Source of the DNA: Histomonas meleagridis 2922-C6/04-290x
Taxonomy: Eukaryota; Protista; Parabasalia
Length of the DNA: 64,000 bases
Reading direction: 5' to 3'
Assembly (NCBI GenBank): GCA_020184695.1
Contig: JAANOX010000008.1
Span: forward strand, 1-64,000
This document shows positions 45,501 through 55,602 of this stretch, in pieces. The number at the start of each line of letters is the position of its first letter. The stretch's first letter is position 1. The notes under the pieces were generated by a model. The model was not told where the DNA came from and searched no databases. It was given only the letters and a program-made list of their open reading frames with translations. The position numbers and the translations under genes are program-made.

Positions 45501-45727
45501 AAGTCAAAGTAGCAGTGATGCAAAAGTCGGCAAAGTTTAAGTGGATAGCGAAGTTGTCGCACACGTGTAATAAGTTGAAAAAGGGAAACAGCGAAAGGTT
45601 CAAAATGTGCTTGTGCATACTGTCGCCAGGAGTGTTTAACGTGGGAAACTTAATGGTGACTACGCAGAGGAAAAATGCATCGCAGACAATGGTAAACGCA
45701 TCGCATTATATACACGCAATTAATTGA
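42575..45727 (+). CDS. TRAPPC8: TRAPP-III subunit Trs85/TRAPPC8-like protein (1050 aa)
   Basis: YEEMALTC...RRKVALHFLTAAISYHKSGIKGHDIRCF resembles the TRAPPC8 RKYAFHMILAG..F.KAGQ..HA.RCY segment. C-terminal beta-sandwich-like regions. Confidence 0.75.
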   Translation: MFSHASDFEELIKNNTAPCMVVVIDPNLKKSIVSTGKSFFQMILDYRNNDTNPYLIDGKKFYYRAYLSEEFLQKKDPVGTHDKIIQAFTDFGSLFCNQDFYKNFSITIPEGFNEKYPDFHLNSTFPLSSYMTHTPWFLWLRQYVFNELRFSRGEYQDTPFMFLFICDSSNVSKVNQIKQEFFGQDLPDIRNYQDPAENRRFYSNIKSSLILYYEKDPPHITQKIKDSFQVISLFGPNDNEEKLIEIIQKLIESHFVANYRTLSYKFNKYSQKKGLFRDRFTFNDLLTYLTLEYSLGNYEKASEAVEFLTQKSSAKEVIEYTSFIQGICFMMLHKDDATLKEFKANLAKLVTKQFIRKVSIVKRVSRILTFFSALELYTFNPNSLSKLFYQIDKCSKLTKFWQFSLLLKGLWYEEMALTCIKFGCRRKVALHFLTAAISYHKSGIKGHDIRCFANTQSLILNNNKQGPEPCYICGKIDDSKFVPTSPYWQNLSNFALWKLAQSSIKIKGFKTWLDIILVLMASPSNNLVPDEKIFSLFHAYFHKCGIGETLTVTDIPFITIDHENIKHSSYGDFASKDYNEKDFQELIQHHNLQYRNVSNNFSLWNTPKSKDHKRISIVCGEESSLLIPFINFRKRASINLDQIRLQSPENNIISHFSEESVSLRPNTRQILKVKFTASTPTEFVINRINFMYWYIVKDSLPLRNFSFIALNNRPSLRINLINFPKHLMESQYSPFTLQIENFGTSDLTNLILIHNIPYWISIKDSYNIIERNNIMSCSLLKEPLKPNETINLECKIRGTKIGYKTIRMLFSFSDEKPFNWRHFPEERIIYIEKKESISHKFIQHPINYNQSILYCDVITQNNSLNINEVNVKGYKVTNNDKIEIQPNTSFTFMKEMNENDTNEFSEEMINKNYEKGYILANNKNGLYQFNIEGKIHNNYSLVFTIDAPSIVKLNNKEKVIDVYIIVHNIGIEESPQVKVAVMQKSAKFKWIAKLSHTCNKLKKGNSERFKMCLCILSPGVFNVGNLMVTTQRKNASQTMVNASHYIHAIN

Positions 45728-46169
45728 GTAAAAAGCGGATAATATGTTTCGAAAATGATTTTTCCAAACTTTCATTGCATTCATTCGCATACTGAATGAG
45801 AAAAATATGAATGGCGTTATCGGCGTTGTTGAATTAGAATGATCAGGGAGAGGCATAGCTATGAAAAGATTTCACTTGGATTCATATTAACTTTTAATGT
45901 GTATTAACTATGAAAAAAATTAACTTCACATAAATACTATTTTTTTTTATATAATATGAATTTTTAAAGCGAATTTCATAATAATAAGATACAATATTTT
46001 TCTTTAATTTTATGTTCAAAATATAATATTTGTTATTGCATCGAATGTATTATTTGGTATAGTGACTGATTTATTTAAAACATTATTTTTGAGCATAAAA
46101 ATTTTATTAAATTGATCAATTTCTAATATCATTATATTTCAAAATATAATAAAAGCATTAAAAAAATTC

Positions 46170-47680
46170 AGGCTTATACTGAATTCTTTGGTAGATTTTG
46201 ATTGCCAAATTGCCACTGTTGTTCTTCCAATGCTTTTATTTGACCTTCATTTAATAACCCAAATATTGGATTCTCCGAGGCTCTCCTGCTAGTTCTTGTT
46301 GCTGATTTATGTGTTCACTTAATACCTTCTCTGGTACCAATGTTATTCTTATCAATTCTCCATTTTGAATAATAGGAGAAAACCTGCATGTTTCCAACTT
46401 CACAATATTGTTTGTTCATTACTTGCAATTTGCAATGCAGTATAAATTCTTTGAATTAACGCAGAATATTTTGAAACACCAATGAATGATTTACAAAACG
46501 GTTATCACCTCAATGCCTAACGGTCTCACGGGCAAGGCATGGACAGTTTTGAGAAGAAATTGAATACTGTTTTAAGGTCTGTGGTGTTTTTTTCAATAAT
46601 TTTTAAACATTTTCGCCCGATCGACCAGGATCGAAACTCCAACATCTCAAAACACAAAGATTTTGCTCCACAATGAATTGGTGTTGATTGATCTTGCTCT
46701 GAGCTATCCAAAATTTTTTCAGAGATTGATAGAGACTAGTTTCTCCTGCTCAATATCCATAAAATAGACATGTTCTTGAAGGTCCTGTGTGCTGGATAAT
46801 CACATCTCAAATTTGACATGAAGTGAGAAAATAAAGTATTACAAGGGATACAAAAAATTTGTTGAACGATATGTGAAATGTATACTTCAAACAGTGTTAC
46901 ACTGTTCTCCAATCTCAAATGCAATTCAATGAAATTATACAGAATTTAAACTCCTTTTCAACAACATTTAATCGAATGAAATTTAAGGTTAATGTCGAAA
47001 TATTTCGTATCAATTCAAACAAATTCTTTAAGATAATCTGCAATTGGGATCGAAATTATCCTCTTTCTTTTTCACAATTTACTTGTTTTTTTGATGTCAA
47101 TTCTTCAGGGATAACAATCTTCATTGAATTTAAATCACTATATTCGGAATATCCCATTTCATCAAGGTTTGCAACAAGATTTGTCCGAAGATCTACAATC
47201 ATCAATGTCAATTCTATAGAATAATTGTCGATATTTTTTTGGTGACGCGTCTAATCTTTCAATTTAAATTGGTTCCCCCCATATTGGTTCCACCATTTGG
47301 TCTTTGCGTATAATTGTTCCAAGTGTGTTAGAGGATATGGTAATGTTGTATGTCTCATATAGCTATTCGCTATGAATGAGTAAGTACAAAAAATGTTGTT
47401 TTCATGATCCTCACACGCCTCAGTGATGATATAAAGTAGGAATCTAGAATCGGTTGTCTTCCAATAGGATTTAGTCCGCCTTGTGAAATTTCACGTTTAG
47501 CTCTTTCGATGTGACTAGCGATGGTTCCCTTCTTTTTGTGGAAGATATTGGCGATCGCCTGTAAAGAAAGGGATTTGCCATTTATGACCAAGTTGCTGAT
47601 TTTATATATCTGTTCTCTTATCGAAAAAGACCTAATGGTACATTCCTGTATATTAGAAATAAAAATTAAATATATCATTT
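46170..47680 (-). pseudogene. Degraded pogo/DDE_1-type (Tc1/mariner group) transposase
   Basis: HTH-like LQAIANIF...IGRQPIL, then GEPI*IERL, then NLVANLDEMGYSEYSD (first catalytic D), and SWKHAGFSPII at the end. Many stops and frameshifts; no TIRs found. Confidence 0.65.
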
Positions 47681-47996
47681 AATTCTTCTAATTAGATCTA
47701 ATTTACTGAAAGATCAAGGCTTTCCAGCTTTAAAAGTGGCTTCTTGACCACTTCAATTAAAATGACGAATTTCTTTCAAATTTTGCACGATCACAGACGA
47801 ATTTGTAAACAGATATTTTACATTCTGGTCGACAGGTTTTTCACCGCAGTCTATTTGATTTAAATAAAATAATTTCTTTATTATTATTATATAAAATAAG
47901 AGTAGTATTATTAATTGAATGAAAAATAATTGACGTAACTTACTTTTTTCTCCAATTGCAAAATAATTTAACGGTTTCTAATCGTTGTGAAATGTG

Positions 47997-50900
47997 ATGT
48001 GGAACATCCCTATGGACGAGGTTTTATCAAGAATTTCACAAATAAGCCAATCAAAGCATTTGATTATCGCTGAACAAGTGGTATTACCTGTTGTAATGGA
48101 TATTGATAAATTCATTGTCCATGGCATTTCTGAGGAAACTTTATTATCAATTCAAACTGCATTAACTTCATTACTCAAATCTAATGGAGGAGATATTAGC
48201 ATTCAAAGTTCTTTAATAATAGGGTCAAAACTAGTGAAGGTTTTGAGTCTACAAAAAAATCCTCAAGTATGGGATATATTTAATTTCGTTATTTCCGACA
48301 CAAAAGAATCAAATCTAATGGCCATTGGGTATATATGTCGTCATGAAGGCAATAAATTTAAAGCTCAACTTCCAAGATTTATTGAACATTTATTAGCCCA
48401 AAATTCATCACTTGAATTTCCTGTTTCATACTGTTTGCGATGTATTTTTAAACTTTCCTGTCAAATTTTAACTCCATATATTATTCCAACAATCAATTTT
48501 GCAAAGAAAACGATTTCACATGGAAAACAAATAGCTATTGTTTCATGTATTAAATTACTTAAATCAATAATCTCGTTTTCGCAAGAGCAAGAACATCATG
48601 TAATAGAATGTATCAAATTACTGATGAAAGAAGATCAATTACCATTTGTTAAAAATGAAATTTCATCTTTAATTGCACGTTGTGCGTTTTCTTCTTTATA
48701 TCCCGAAATAGATCAAAAAGTAAAGAAAGAATCAGAATGGTCATTAAGTCAGCACCAGAAAGGAACATCAAAAAACCTCCAAAAACCGCTTCAGGTCCTT
48801 CAATTATTTCCTTCTCTTCTGAAAATGTCATTTCACCATTTTATTGACTTGTTTACTCCGTCACTTTTTGTGCAATATCAAATGGCTTTATATCAGTTTT
48901 CTTTAACTAAATGTCCAACAGAACTTGAAAAAATTGTGTCGATGTTAACTGTCGATACACGATATTCGTTATTTAAAGAAACATCATCAAATAATCCGTC
49001 ATCAAAAGTATTAGAAACATTAAATATATTATGCCCAGATAATAATTCGATATATGAAGGAGCAGGAATTGCATTAATATTGTCGATTTCTAAAAACAAA
49101 AAATCAAGAAATTCGTCTATATCGTTTTTTGAGAAGTTTACAAAAACCCACCCCAAAATTTCAATACATTTTTTTCATTCAATCATTATAAGTTTATCAA
49201 ACCCTCCAATTTTGAATAGTACGATAGAAAATGATTGTAAAGGTTATACAAAATTGGCAATTACAATATTAAATAATTTACCAAAAGTGAATGAAGTAAT
49301 TGAAGCTAACAAACCGTTAATTCGTCAATTTCTATATAATTCATTAAATAAACCTAATATGGAATCTAACATTGTTCCATATGCAATTTCATTATTAACT
49401 GTTTTACCTATTGAGTTTTCCAAAGAAGAATTTGTCACTAATTCAATTTCAGCGACTATAAATTACTTAAATAATTCAACCAATTTCCAAAAGAATCCGA
49501 AACACTATTTAACTTTAATTAAAAATGTTCTAAATTATCGACTTAAGTTTAATGATTCTACACAATCGAATAGTTTAATAATGATAATCTTAAGTCAAAA
49601 AATCGAAAATTTTTCGAATAAATTATTAATAATTTTATCGAAGCTTTCACCTATTTCTGGTTTATCTGAATCGAATTTATTAATTATATTACGAATCATT
49701 TTAAGTCATACATTAAAATTATCGCCAACATCTGAAATGTTAAAAACATTTGTTTCAAGATTATTGCCAACAGGTTTTGATTTATTAAAGATTAACAATG
49801 AATTAAATAATGAAAAAATTAAAGAACAAAACTTTTTGATTGAAATTATTAATAATATTCCAAATTTATTAAGTCAAATCAAACAAAAAGAAAAAGATAA
49901 TATCATTGAACAATTATTAAACATTAATAATATTAATAATACAGCTCATTTTATTATTTTGCAATTAAGTAAAAGTGAATATAATTTTAATTCCAAACAA
50001 ATAAGTTTAATGTTTCAGTTATTAAAATCAAATAATATTACACAATTACAAATCATTTCTGAATGTTTAAGTTATATATCTAAATATAACACAAAGTTAA
50101 TTCCAATTATCTTTAAATATATCTTTAAAAAAAAGAATATTTCATCATGTATCTTATTATCATCATTATATACACATATAAATATCTCTAATTCTGATAT
50201 TTCTAAGTCAATAATATTCTTAAATTCATTAATAAAAGATAACCAATTATTACCATTTGTGATTCATTCTATTTCATCATTATTAATAAGGCATTCATAT
50301 CAAATCGAAATTAATATATTAATAAATCAATTTAATATATTATTCGATATATTAAATTCAGTAATATCATTACAACCAGTTATATTATATTTATGTAGTG
50401 AATGTTTTTCATTACTTATAGAGACAATTTCTATTGATTTAATTTCTAATAAAAATTTGTTTCAAGATATTATTTCATTAATATTAAGAAGTGTCGAATT
50501 TACTCCTATTTCATATAGTAAAGAAGCTTATTTTAAATGTTCAAATTCAATTATTGAATTCGCTCATCAATTTTATAAAGAAATACCTATTAAATTCCCA
50601 ACATTTTTCGGAGTTTCTACTGTATTACAATTAAGTGCATGTGAAACTTTTATAAAATATTTAAATTTCGAACAAGTTAATCTCGATTTAAATAAAATCG
50701 TAAATCAAATCATATTTTTGTTGCAAAAAACTAATGATAAAAGAGCTTTTGATATGTTAATTTCATTATCAAACTTAACAACTGAAAAGAATTTGTTGTT
50801 TTGGATAACGATACTTCGGAATATAATATTAACTAATTCATTATTCCAAAACATTGAAATCGAACCGAATTCAAATGTTAAAGAATGTGTATTAACAATA

Positions 50901-52646
50901 TCTCTTAAGTTATTACCAATCATTTCAAGGCAAATAAAAATACAAACAGAATTTCTTGATGATATAATATTAGCAGCTTCTAAGTCTATAGAAAGTGATC
51001 GAATTAATATACAATCTAAAGGATATTTAATTCTACAAAATGTTATCGAATTATTTAATAAGAAACTTAATGAAGATGGTGGACGAATTTTAGATCTTTA
51101 TGATTCCCAATTTTTACAAGCAGTGAAAATAGGTTTCATAATTGATGACTTAGAAATATGTTGTGGATTTTTACTCTCTTATCTGAGTTTTAAAATCGAT
51201 TCTTCAAATGTTATTAATGATGATGAAAATAAAACAGAAATTTTAAAGGTTTATCTCAACGGATTAACTAAATGTAATCAACGAAATATCGATTATTATA
51301 AACTTGCTACACATCTTTGTACTGTATCGAGAAAAGATTTAAAATTGGCGAATATGCTCTCGGAATTTTTAATAAAATTAATGCCAATATTTTCAGACAT
51401 TATATATAAAGCTATAAAATTATATAAGAATCAAAATAATTGGAAGAAATTATCAAAATTTAGGAATCTTTCAAGTGATTTCTTCGAAGAAATGTTACCT
51501 TCTTTTATATGGATAGGTTCTATTTGTAATTTACCTTTTCCAATTGATACTTTAGTCTCATTTTTAATCATAGAGGCTAAGTATGGTAATGAATCTTGGA
51601 TTATTAATGCTGCTTATAAATCGATTCCAATTGTTTTAGAATATTTTGGTGATAAAATTTCAACCGATTTAATTGAATTGATTTTGCGGTTAGCGGTTGA
51701 AATGAAAGGTGAATTCTTTAACGACATAATATTAAGTTGTAGTAAAGCTTTAAAGGAAACAAATGATTATGATCGAATTAGAGAAGAAATTTTATATATT
51801 TCAATGAATTTAAACTTCGATTCTAAAGTAATTTGTTATATTTTATATAGTGATAAGTCAAAATCTCTTCGTAAGTATTCATATTTCATTTCTTTACAAA
51901 TTATTAAACAATTTATGAATAACAAAATTAATGATGAAAAAGCTTTTGCTATTTTCGCACTTCTTTTTTATCATTCACCAGAAATTGTAGGAGAGACAGT
52001 CGAAAAAATTATTTCTCTTCCTCAAAATTATTCGAATTTTAAAATTAATTTATTAAAAATAGGTTTACCAATAGCGAAAGGTTCGATTCCATTAAAAATT
52101 ATTTCAAGATTTTGTGTCGAAATGTTCAAAAAAGGCGGAATGAATTTAATTGGGTATGTTTTAGTTAAAAATCCGAACATCGGATTGGCGCTTCTTAAAA
52201 ATGGTAACGCTAAAGCAGCGTTTTTACTTTGTTCAAACGATTTAAATAACTCGAAAACATTTCTTCGTTTCATTCATCATTGTTTTGACGTGGCGGCTGG
52301 TAACGATAGAGATTTGGCAAAAAGTTTTGCAAAATGTCTCATCCAACTTGTGATAAGAGTTATATTGAACTTTGGTAAGGATGCGCAAAGAGGATTTCAA
52401 ATAGTTTCTCTTTGTATTCATATTCTTCATGAAACAACTAAAACTTTGGGTAACGATGAATTCGAGTTAATATTTAATTCAATTTCCGAAAACGAAAAAG
52501 TTAATCTTATTAATATACTTGGCGCACAGATCCAAAAATCAGAAATACGAAAGAAAAGTGCAAAACTTTCCGAATTTTCTAACGCAGCTCGGGCAAGAAA
52601 AACTACAGAAGATGAATGGCAAACGGTTGAAGTAGAAATTATATAA
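47997..52646 (+). CDS. HEATR5: HEATR5/Laa1-like AP-1 accessory HEAT-repeat protein (about 1549 aa)
   Basis: Long HEAT solenoid. DDIILAASKSI...KGYLILQNVIELF...GGRILDLYDSQF resembles the conserved HEATR5 segment. ATG at 47997. Confidence 0.7.
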   Translation: MWNIPMDEVLSRISQISQSKHLIIAEQVVLPVVMDIDKFIVHGISEETLLSIQTALTSLLKSNGGDISIQSSLIIGSKLVKVLSLQKNPQVWDIFNFVISDTKESNLMAIGYICRHEGNKFKAQLPRFIEHLLAQNSSLEFPVSYCLRCIFKLSCQILTPYIIPTINFAKKTISHGKQIAIVSCIKLLKSIISFSQEQEHHVIECIKLLMKEDQLPFVKNEISSLIARCAFSSLYPEIDQKVKKESEWSLSQHQKGTSKNLQKPLQVLQLFPSLLKMSFHHFIDLFTPSLFVQYQMALYQFSLTKCPTELEKIVSMLTVDTRYSLFKETSSNNPSSKVLETLNILCPDNNSIYEGAGIALILSISKNKKSRNSSISFFEKFTKTHPKISIHFFHSIIISLSNPPILNSTIENDCKGYTKLAITILNNLPKVNEVIEANKPLIRQFLYNSLNKPNMESNIVPYAISLLTVLPIEFSKEEFVTNSISATINYLNNSTNFQKNPKHYLTLIKNVLNYRLKFNDSTQSNSLIMIILSQKIENFSNKLLIILSKLSPISGLSESNLLIILRIILSHTLKLSPTSEMLKTFVSRLLPTGFDLLKINNELNNEKIKEQNFLIEIINNIPNLLSQIKQKEKDNIIEQLLNINNINNTAHFIILQLSKSEYNFNSKQISLMFQLLKSNNITQLQIISECLSYISKYNTKLIPIIFKYIFKKKNISSCILLSSLYTHINISNSDISKSIIFLNSLIKDNQLLPFVIHSISSLLIRHSYQIEINILINQFNILFDILNSVISLQPVILYLCSECFSLLIETISIDLISNKNLFQDIISLILRSVEFTPISYSKEAYFKCSNSIIEFAHQFYKEIPIKFPTFFGVSTVLQLSACETFIKYLNFEQVNLDLNKIVNQIIFLLQKTNDKRAFDMLISLSNLTTEKNLLFWITILRNIILTNSLFQNIEIEPNSNVKECVLTISLKLLPIISRQIKIQTEFLDDIILAASKSIESDRINIQSKGYLILQNVIELFNKKLNEDGGRILDLYDSQFLQAVKIGFIIDDLEICCGFLLSYLSFKIDSSNVINDDENKTEILKVYLNGLTKCNQRNIDYYKLATHLCTVSRKDLKLANMLSEFLIKLMPIFSDIIYKAIKLYKNQNNWKKLSKFRNLSSDFFEEMLPSFIWIGSICNLPFPIDTLVSFLIIEAKYGNESWIINAAYKSIPIVLEYFGDKISTDLIELILRLAVEMKGEFFNDIILSCSKALKETNDYDRIREEILYISMNLNFDSKVICYILYSDKSKSLRKYSYFISLQIIKQFMNNKINDEKAFAIFALLFYHSPEIVGETVEKIISLPQNYSNFKINLLKIGLPIAKGSIPLKIISRFCVEMFKKGGMNLIGYVLVKNPNIGLALLKNGNAKAAFLLCSNDLNNSKTFLRFIHHCFDVAAGNDRDLAKSFAKCLIQLVIRVILNFGKDAQRGFQIVSLCIHILHETTKTLGNDEFELIFNSISENEKVNLINILGAQIQKSEIRKKSAKLSEFSNAARARKTTEDEWQTVEVEII

Positions 52647-52869
52647 AATAATTTTAATTTGCATTAAAACTGTCCAAATAAACTGTTGTAAAGTTAATAC
52701 ATATTTTTGTAATTTTTCTAAGTTATTAAACAAATTAAAGTGAACTTCAGACGGATATAACATGTCAAAAAAATCGCATAAACTATTCAAATAATTAAAT
52801 AAAGTTATCAAAATATTTTAATTTACTCTTACTTCATAAAAATTTGTTTGAAACAATACATCATATATG

Positions 52870-53400
52870 TTAAATATTCAATGTGAGCGTACACGTGGTG
52901 GTTATGATGAATATGTGGGTTATCAATAACTGCATTTCAACTCCTGTAGCTGTTTCAATTGCGATATCTATTAAAAAAAATAGGATTAATAAGGCGAAAA
53001 TAATGCTTTTATACTTTGGTTGTTCAAAATTAATATCACGTTTAGATGAAATTACCACGACACCCTCAAAATATTGGCTCAAAGATTTCTGTAGATCTAT
53101 AGATATCTTTGTTTTCTCTCCTCAATTGAATAAATAAGAAGATCTTCTTGTGAATACTATGTAATTCTTACATTTTTTACAGAAATTAATTTGTTCTTGA
53201 TCGCCAGATCTCTTCTAACACAACAGTCGTTCCAAAACATTTGTATATTAAAACAATGGATGAGATACACACAATACAGTTCGAAAATCCAAAGATAATG
53301 GATGAATACTACAGTGAAATTTTTGCATGTGTAAATCAATAAAAATGTGTTTTTTTGTTCTGTACTAATAAAAATACTTTTCAAACTGGGCATTACATAT
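52870..53400 (-). pseudogene. Possible degraded membrane-protein fragment
   Basis: Broken frames ending in a hydrophobic stretch (IIFALLILFFLIDIAI). Family not recognised. Confidence 0.2.
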
Positions 53401-53479
53401 TATAATATATTTGATTTTGGGTGTTGACGATCAGAAACCATTTTTTGAGTATATGACATGTTATGTGAAAATCAAGAAA

Positions 53480-54982
53480 ATGAACTTTGGAGAGGGGCTT
53501 CTTGCCTTTATGAATTCATTTCCTGAGGTAAACGCACTTGGCGCTACTTCGTTCATAGATTTTCGTGATGGTTTTGGAATTGCAACACTATGGAATTTAA
53601 TATCAACACAAAAGATTGATATTTCTTTATTAAAAAAACCATCAAATCAAAAAGATTCAATAACTATAATGAAAAATTTAAGGGCAATTGATCAAGTTAT
53701 AGCACCTGTATTAACAGAGAGAGGAATCCGAGAAAGAGTCGAATTTACATCAATTTCATTTCAATCGAATGAAAATGAACTTATAAAATATGTATGCCCA
53801 CTGGTTATTGTTGCTATTGCTTCCCCATTAAAGAAAGAAATTGTTGCGAGAATCAAAACACTTTCTTCACAAAATCAAAAGATAATAAAGGAAATCATCC
53901 AAAATTATACCGCAAAGAAGAAAGCACCTGTTGCCACAAGTTCCCAAACGACTGCTCCACAACAAAGCGCTCAACCTCCCAAACCGGAAAAACCGTCAAA
54001 CGGACCCACCCAAATAACCGAAAAAATTGACAACCCAGAAATCAGGATCAAAAAACTAGAAATCGAAATATCACAATATAAGAAACAAATTCAAGATTAT
54101 GAATCTAAGTTAGCTGAATTTCAAGGTCAAGCCAAACAAAATTCTACTAAAGTTGATCAAGCTCAATCAGATATCATTTCTCAAACCGAACAAATTTTAT
54201 CAGAAGCAATCCTCTACAATGAAAAGAAGGTGAAAGAAATTGAACAATCTAAGTCTGAGAAAGAAACTCTTGAAAAAGAATATCAAAGATTAAAACAAAC
54301 AATAAATTATCTTGAAACCCATTCATCACAAGATAACAGTGAATCACAAAAGAAAAACCAATATCTTTCTTCCATAAAACTTCTTGATGAATCCCTTCGT
54401 GAGTATACATCTTTTAATTCCCAACATTCTTCTCTCCAATCACAACTCGATTCAATCAAAGAAGAAATCAACAAACTATCTGACCAAATAACATTCTACA
54501 AGGACGAGATAACGACTTCAATTCTTCTTGCTGAAAAATATGGAACAATAACCGCTAACATTGAAATAACCGAAGAAACCGACACAACCGAAACCGTCAC
54601 CGAACTTGCAAGCAGAATTTCCCAACTTGAAGCTCAGTTAGCTGTGTTACAAGATGGGCAAGTTAACGGCGACGATGGGGTTCCAAAGGAACTTGCTCAA
54701 GAACAGAAAGATCTGACGAAGATTGTATCAAATTTGCTGAAAAGGAAAAAGCAACAAGAAAGTGCAGCAGAACAGTGCAAACAGTTACGTTCTGATCTTC
54801 AAAGAGTACAGCATATGATTGTTGACCAAAGGGAAGAAGTTGAAAATGAACTCGAAAAATTGACAGACGATATTAACGCAAAGAATGTTGAAATATCTGA
54901 TTGGCTTTCGTTTTCAAGCTCGTTTGATTCATGGCGTAATTCACCAACGTACATTAACGAACTGAGAAATAAATATATTTGA
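53480..54982 (+). CDS. HOOK/CH-like N-terminal domain plus long coiled coil (about 500 aa)
   Basis: DFRDGFGIATLWNLI resembles HOOK-type CH domains, followed by a Pro/Gln linker and heptad-rich C-terminal half. The ATG at 53480 is preferred over the TTG at 53411. Confidence 0.65.
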   Translation: MNFGEGLLAFMNSFPEVNALGATSFIDFRDGFGIATLWNLISTQKIDISLLKKPSNQKDSITIMKNLRAIDQVIAPVLTERGIRERVEFTSISFQSNENELIKYVCPLVIVAIASPLKKEIVARIKTLSSQNQKIIKEIIQNYTAKKKAPVATSSQTTAPQQSAQPPKPEKPSNGPTQITEKIDNPEIRIKKLEIEISQYKKQIQDYESKLAEFQGQAKQNSTKVDQAQSDIISQTEQILSEAILYNEKKVKEIEQSKSEKETLEKEYQRLKQTINYLETHSSQDNSESQKKNQYLSSIKLLDESLREYTSFNSQHSSLQSQLDSIKEEINKLSDQITFYKDEITTSILLAEKYGTITANIEITEETDTTETVTELASRISQLEAQLAVLQDGQVNGDDGVPKELAQEQKDLTKIVSNLLKRKKQQESAAEQCKQLRSDLQRVQHMIVDQREEVENELEKLTDDINAKNVEISDWLSFSSSFDSWRNSPTYINELRNKYI

Positions 54983-55251
54983 TTTTTCTAATATCGAATT
55001 AAATGTATATTTAAACATATCGTTAAATTCATTAAAATCGAAGTTAAATAGCATAATTTTATATAGTCCCGGAAAGAAAAAAATACCCAAATTATAAATT
55101 GCGATAAATTTTATTAAATATTGTAAATAATAATTGTTGATATATATTAATGAATTATAGAAATTCTTTTATTGACAAATATCAGTAAGGTAGGTATATA
55201 ATGCGGTCGGGACGGATCCCGATAATCCAAAAAAGACCCGGCCCCCGGCCT

Positions 55252-55581
55252 GTGACTAAAACGTATTTTTGTACTTCACAAAAAGAAAATAGTATTCCTC
55301 CTGAATTTGTCGATTCTCAAAATCCTAGATATATAGTAGTGCAACAATGTAAGTGTAAATTTAAGGATTATTTAGTATCTGATGTTTCAATGCACGCTGA
55401 TTTCATTGAACGTGACCATTATGAAGATTATTTTTGTATTTATACGAATGAAAATAGAAATAAATATAAGAAATATGAAATTAAAAGTAGAAAACCAAAT
55501 TTTAAAATATGGTTTAAAGAAATGAATGGTAAAGAAATTGAACCAGAATATTTTATGTTAGAATTATTATTAATTTATTAT
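55252..55581 (+). pseudogene. Small Maverick protein (candidate minor capsid/penton-like), N-terminally truncated
   Basis: PPEFVDSQNPRYIVVQQC...SMHADFI...FKIWFK...FMLELLLIY resembles a small protein family I recall from T. vaginalis Mavericks. Its stop appears lost, fusing it to the next ORF. The penton role is inference. Confidence 0.55.
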
Positions 55582-55602
55582 ATAAAAAATCATTTTTTAT
55601 CA

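Noticed and set aside
53214-53226. TCTAACACAACAG resembling the trichomonad intron 3' motif ACTAACACACAG
   Set aside because: Imperfect, intergenic on this strand, and no matching 5' splice site joining coding frames.
3244-54982. Functional clustering of nuclear and trafficking genes
   Set aside because: The categories are broad and common, and there is no evidence of co-regulation.
55201-55251. MRSGRIPIIQKRPGPRP as a real N-terminus
   Set aside because: It is encoded by the GC-rich hairpin/terminus motif and is probably a chance fusion to the truncated Maverick gene.
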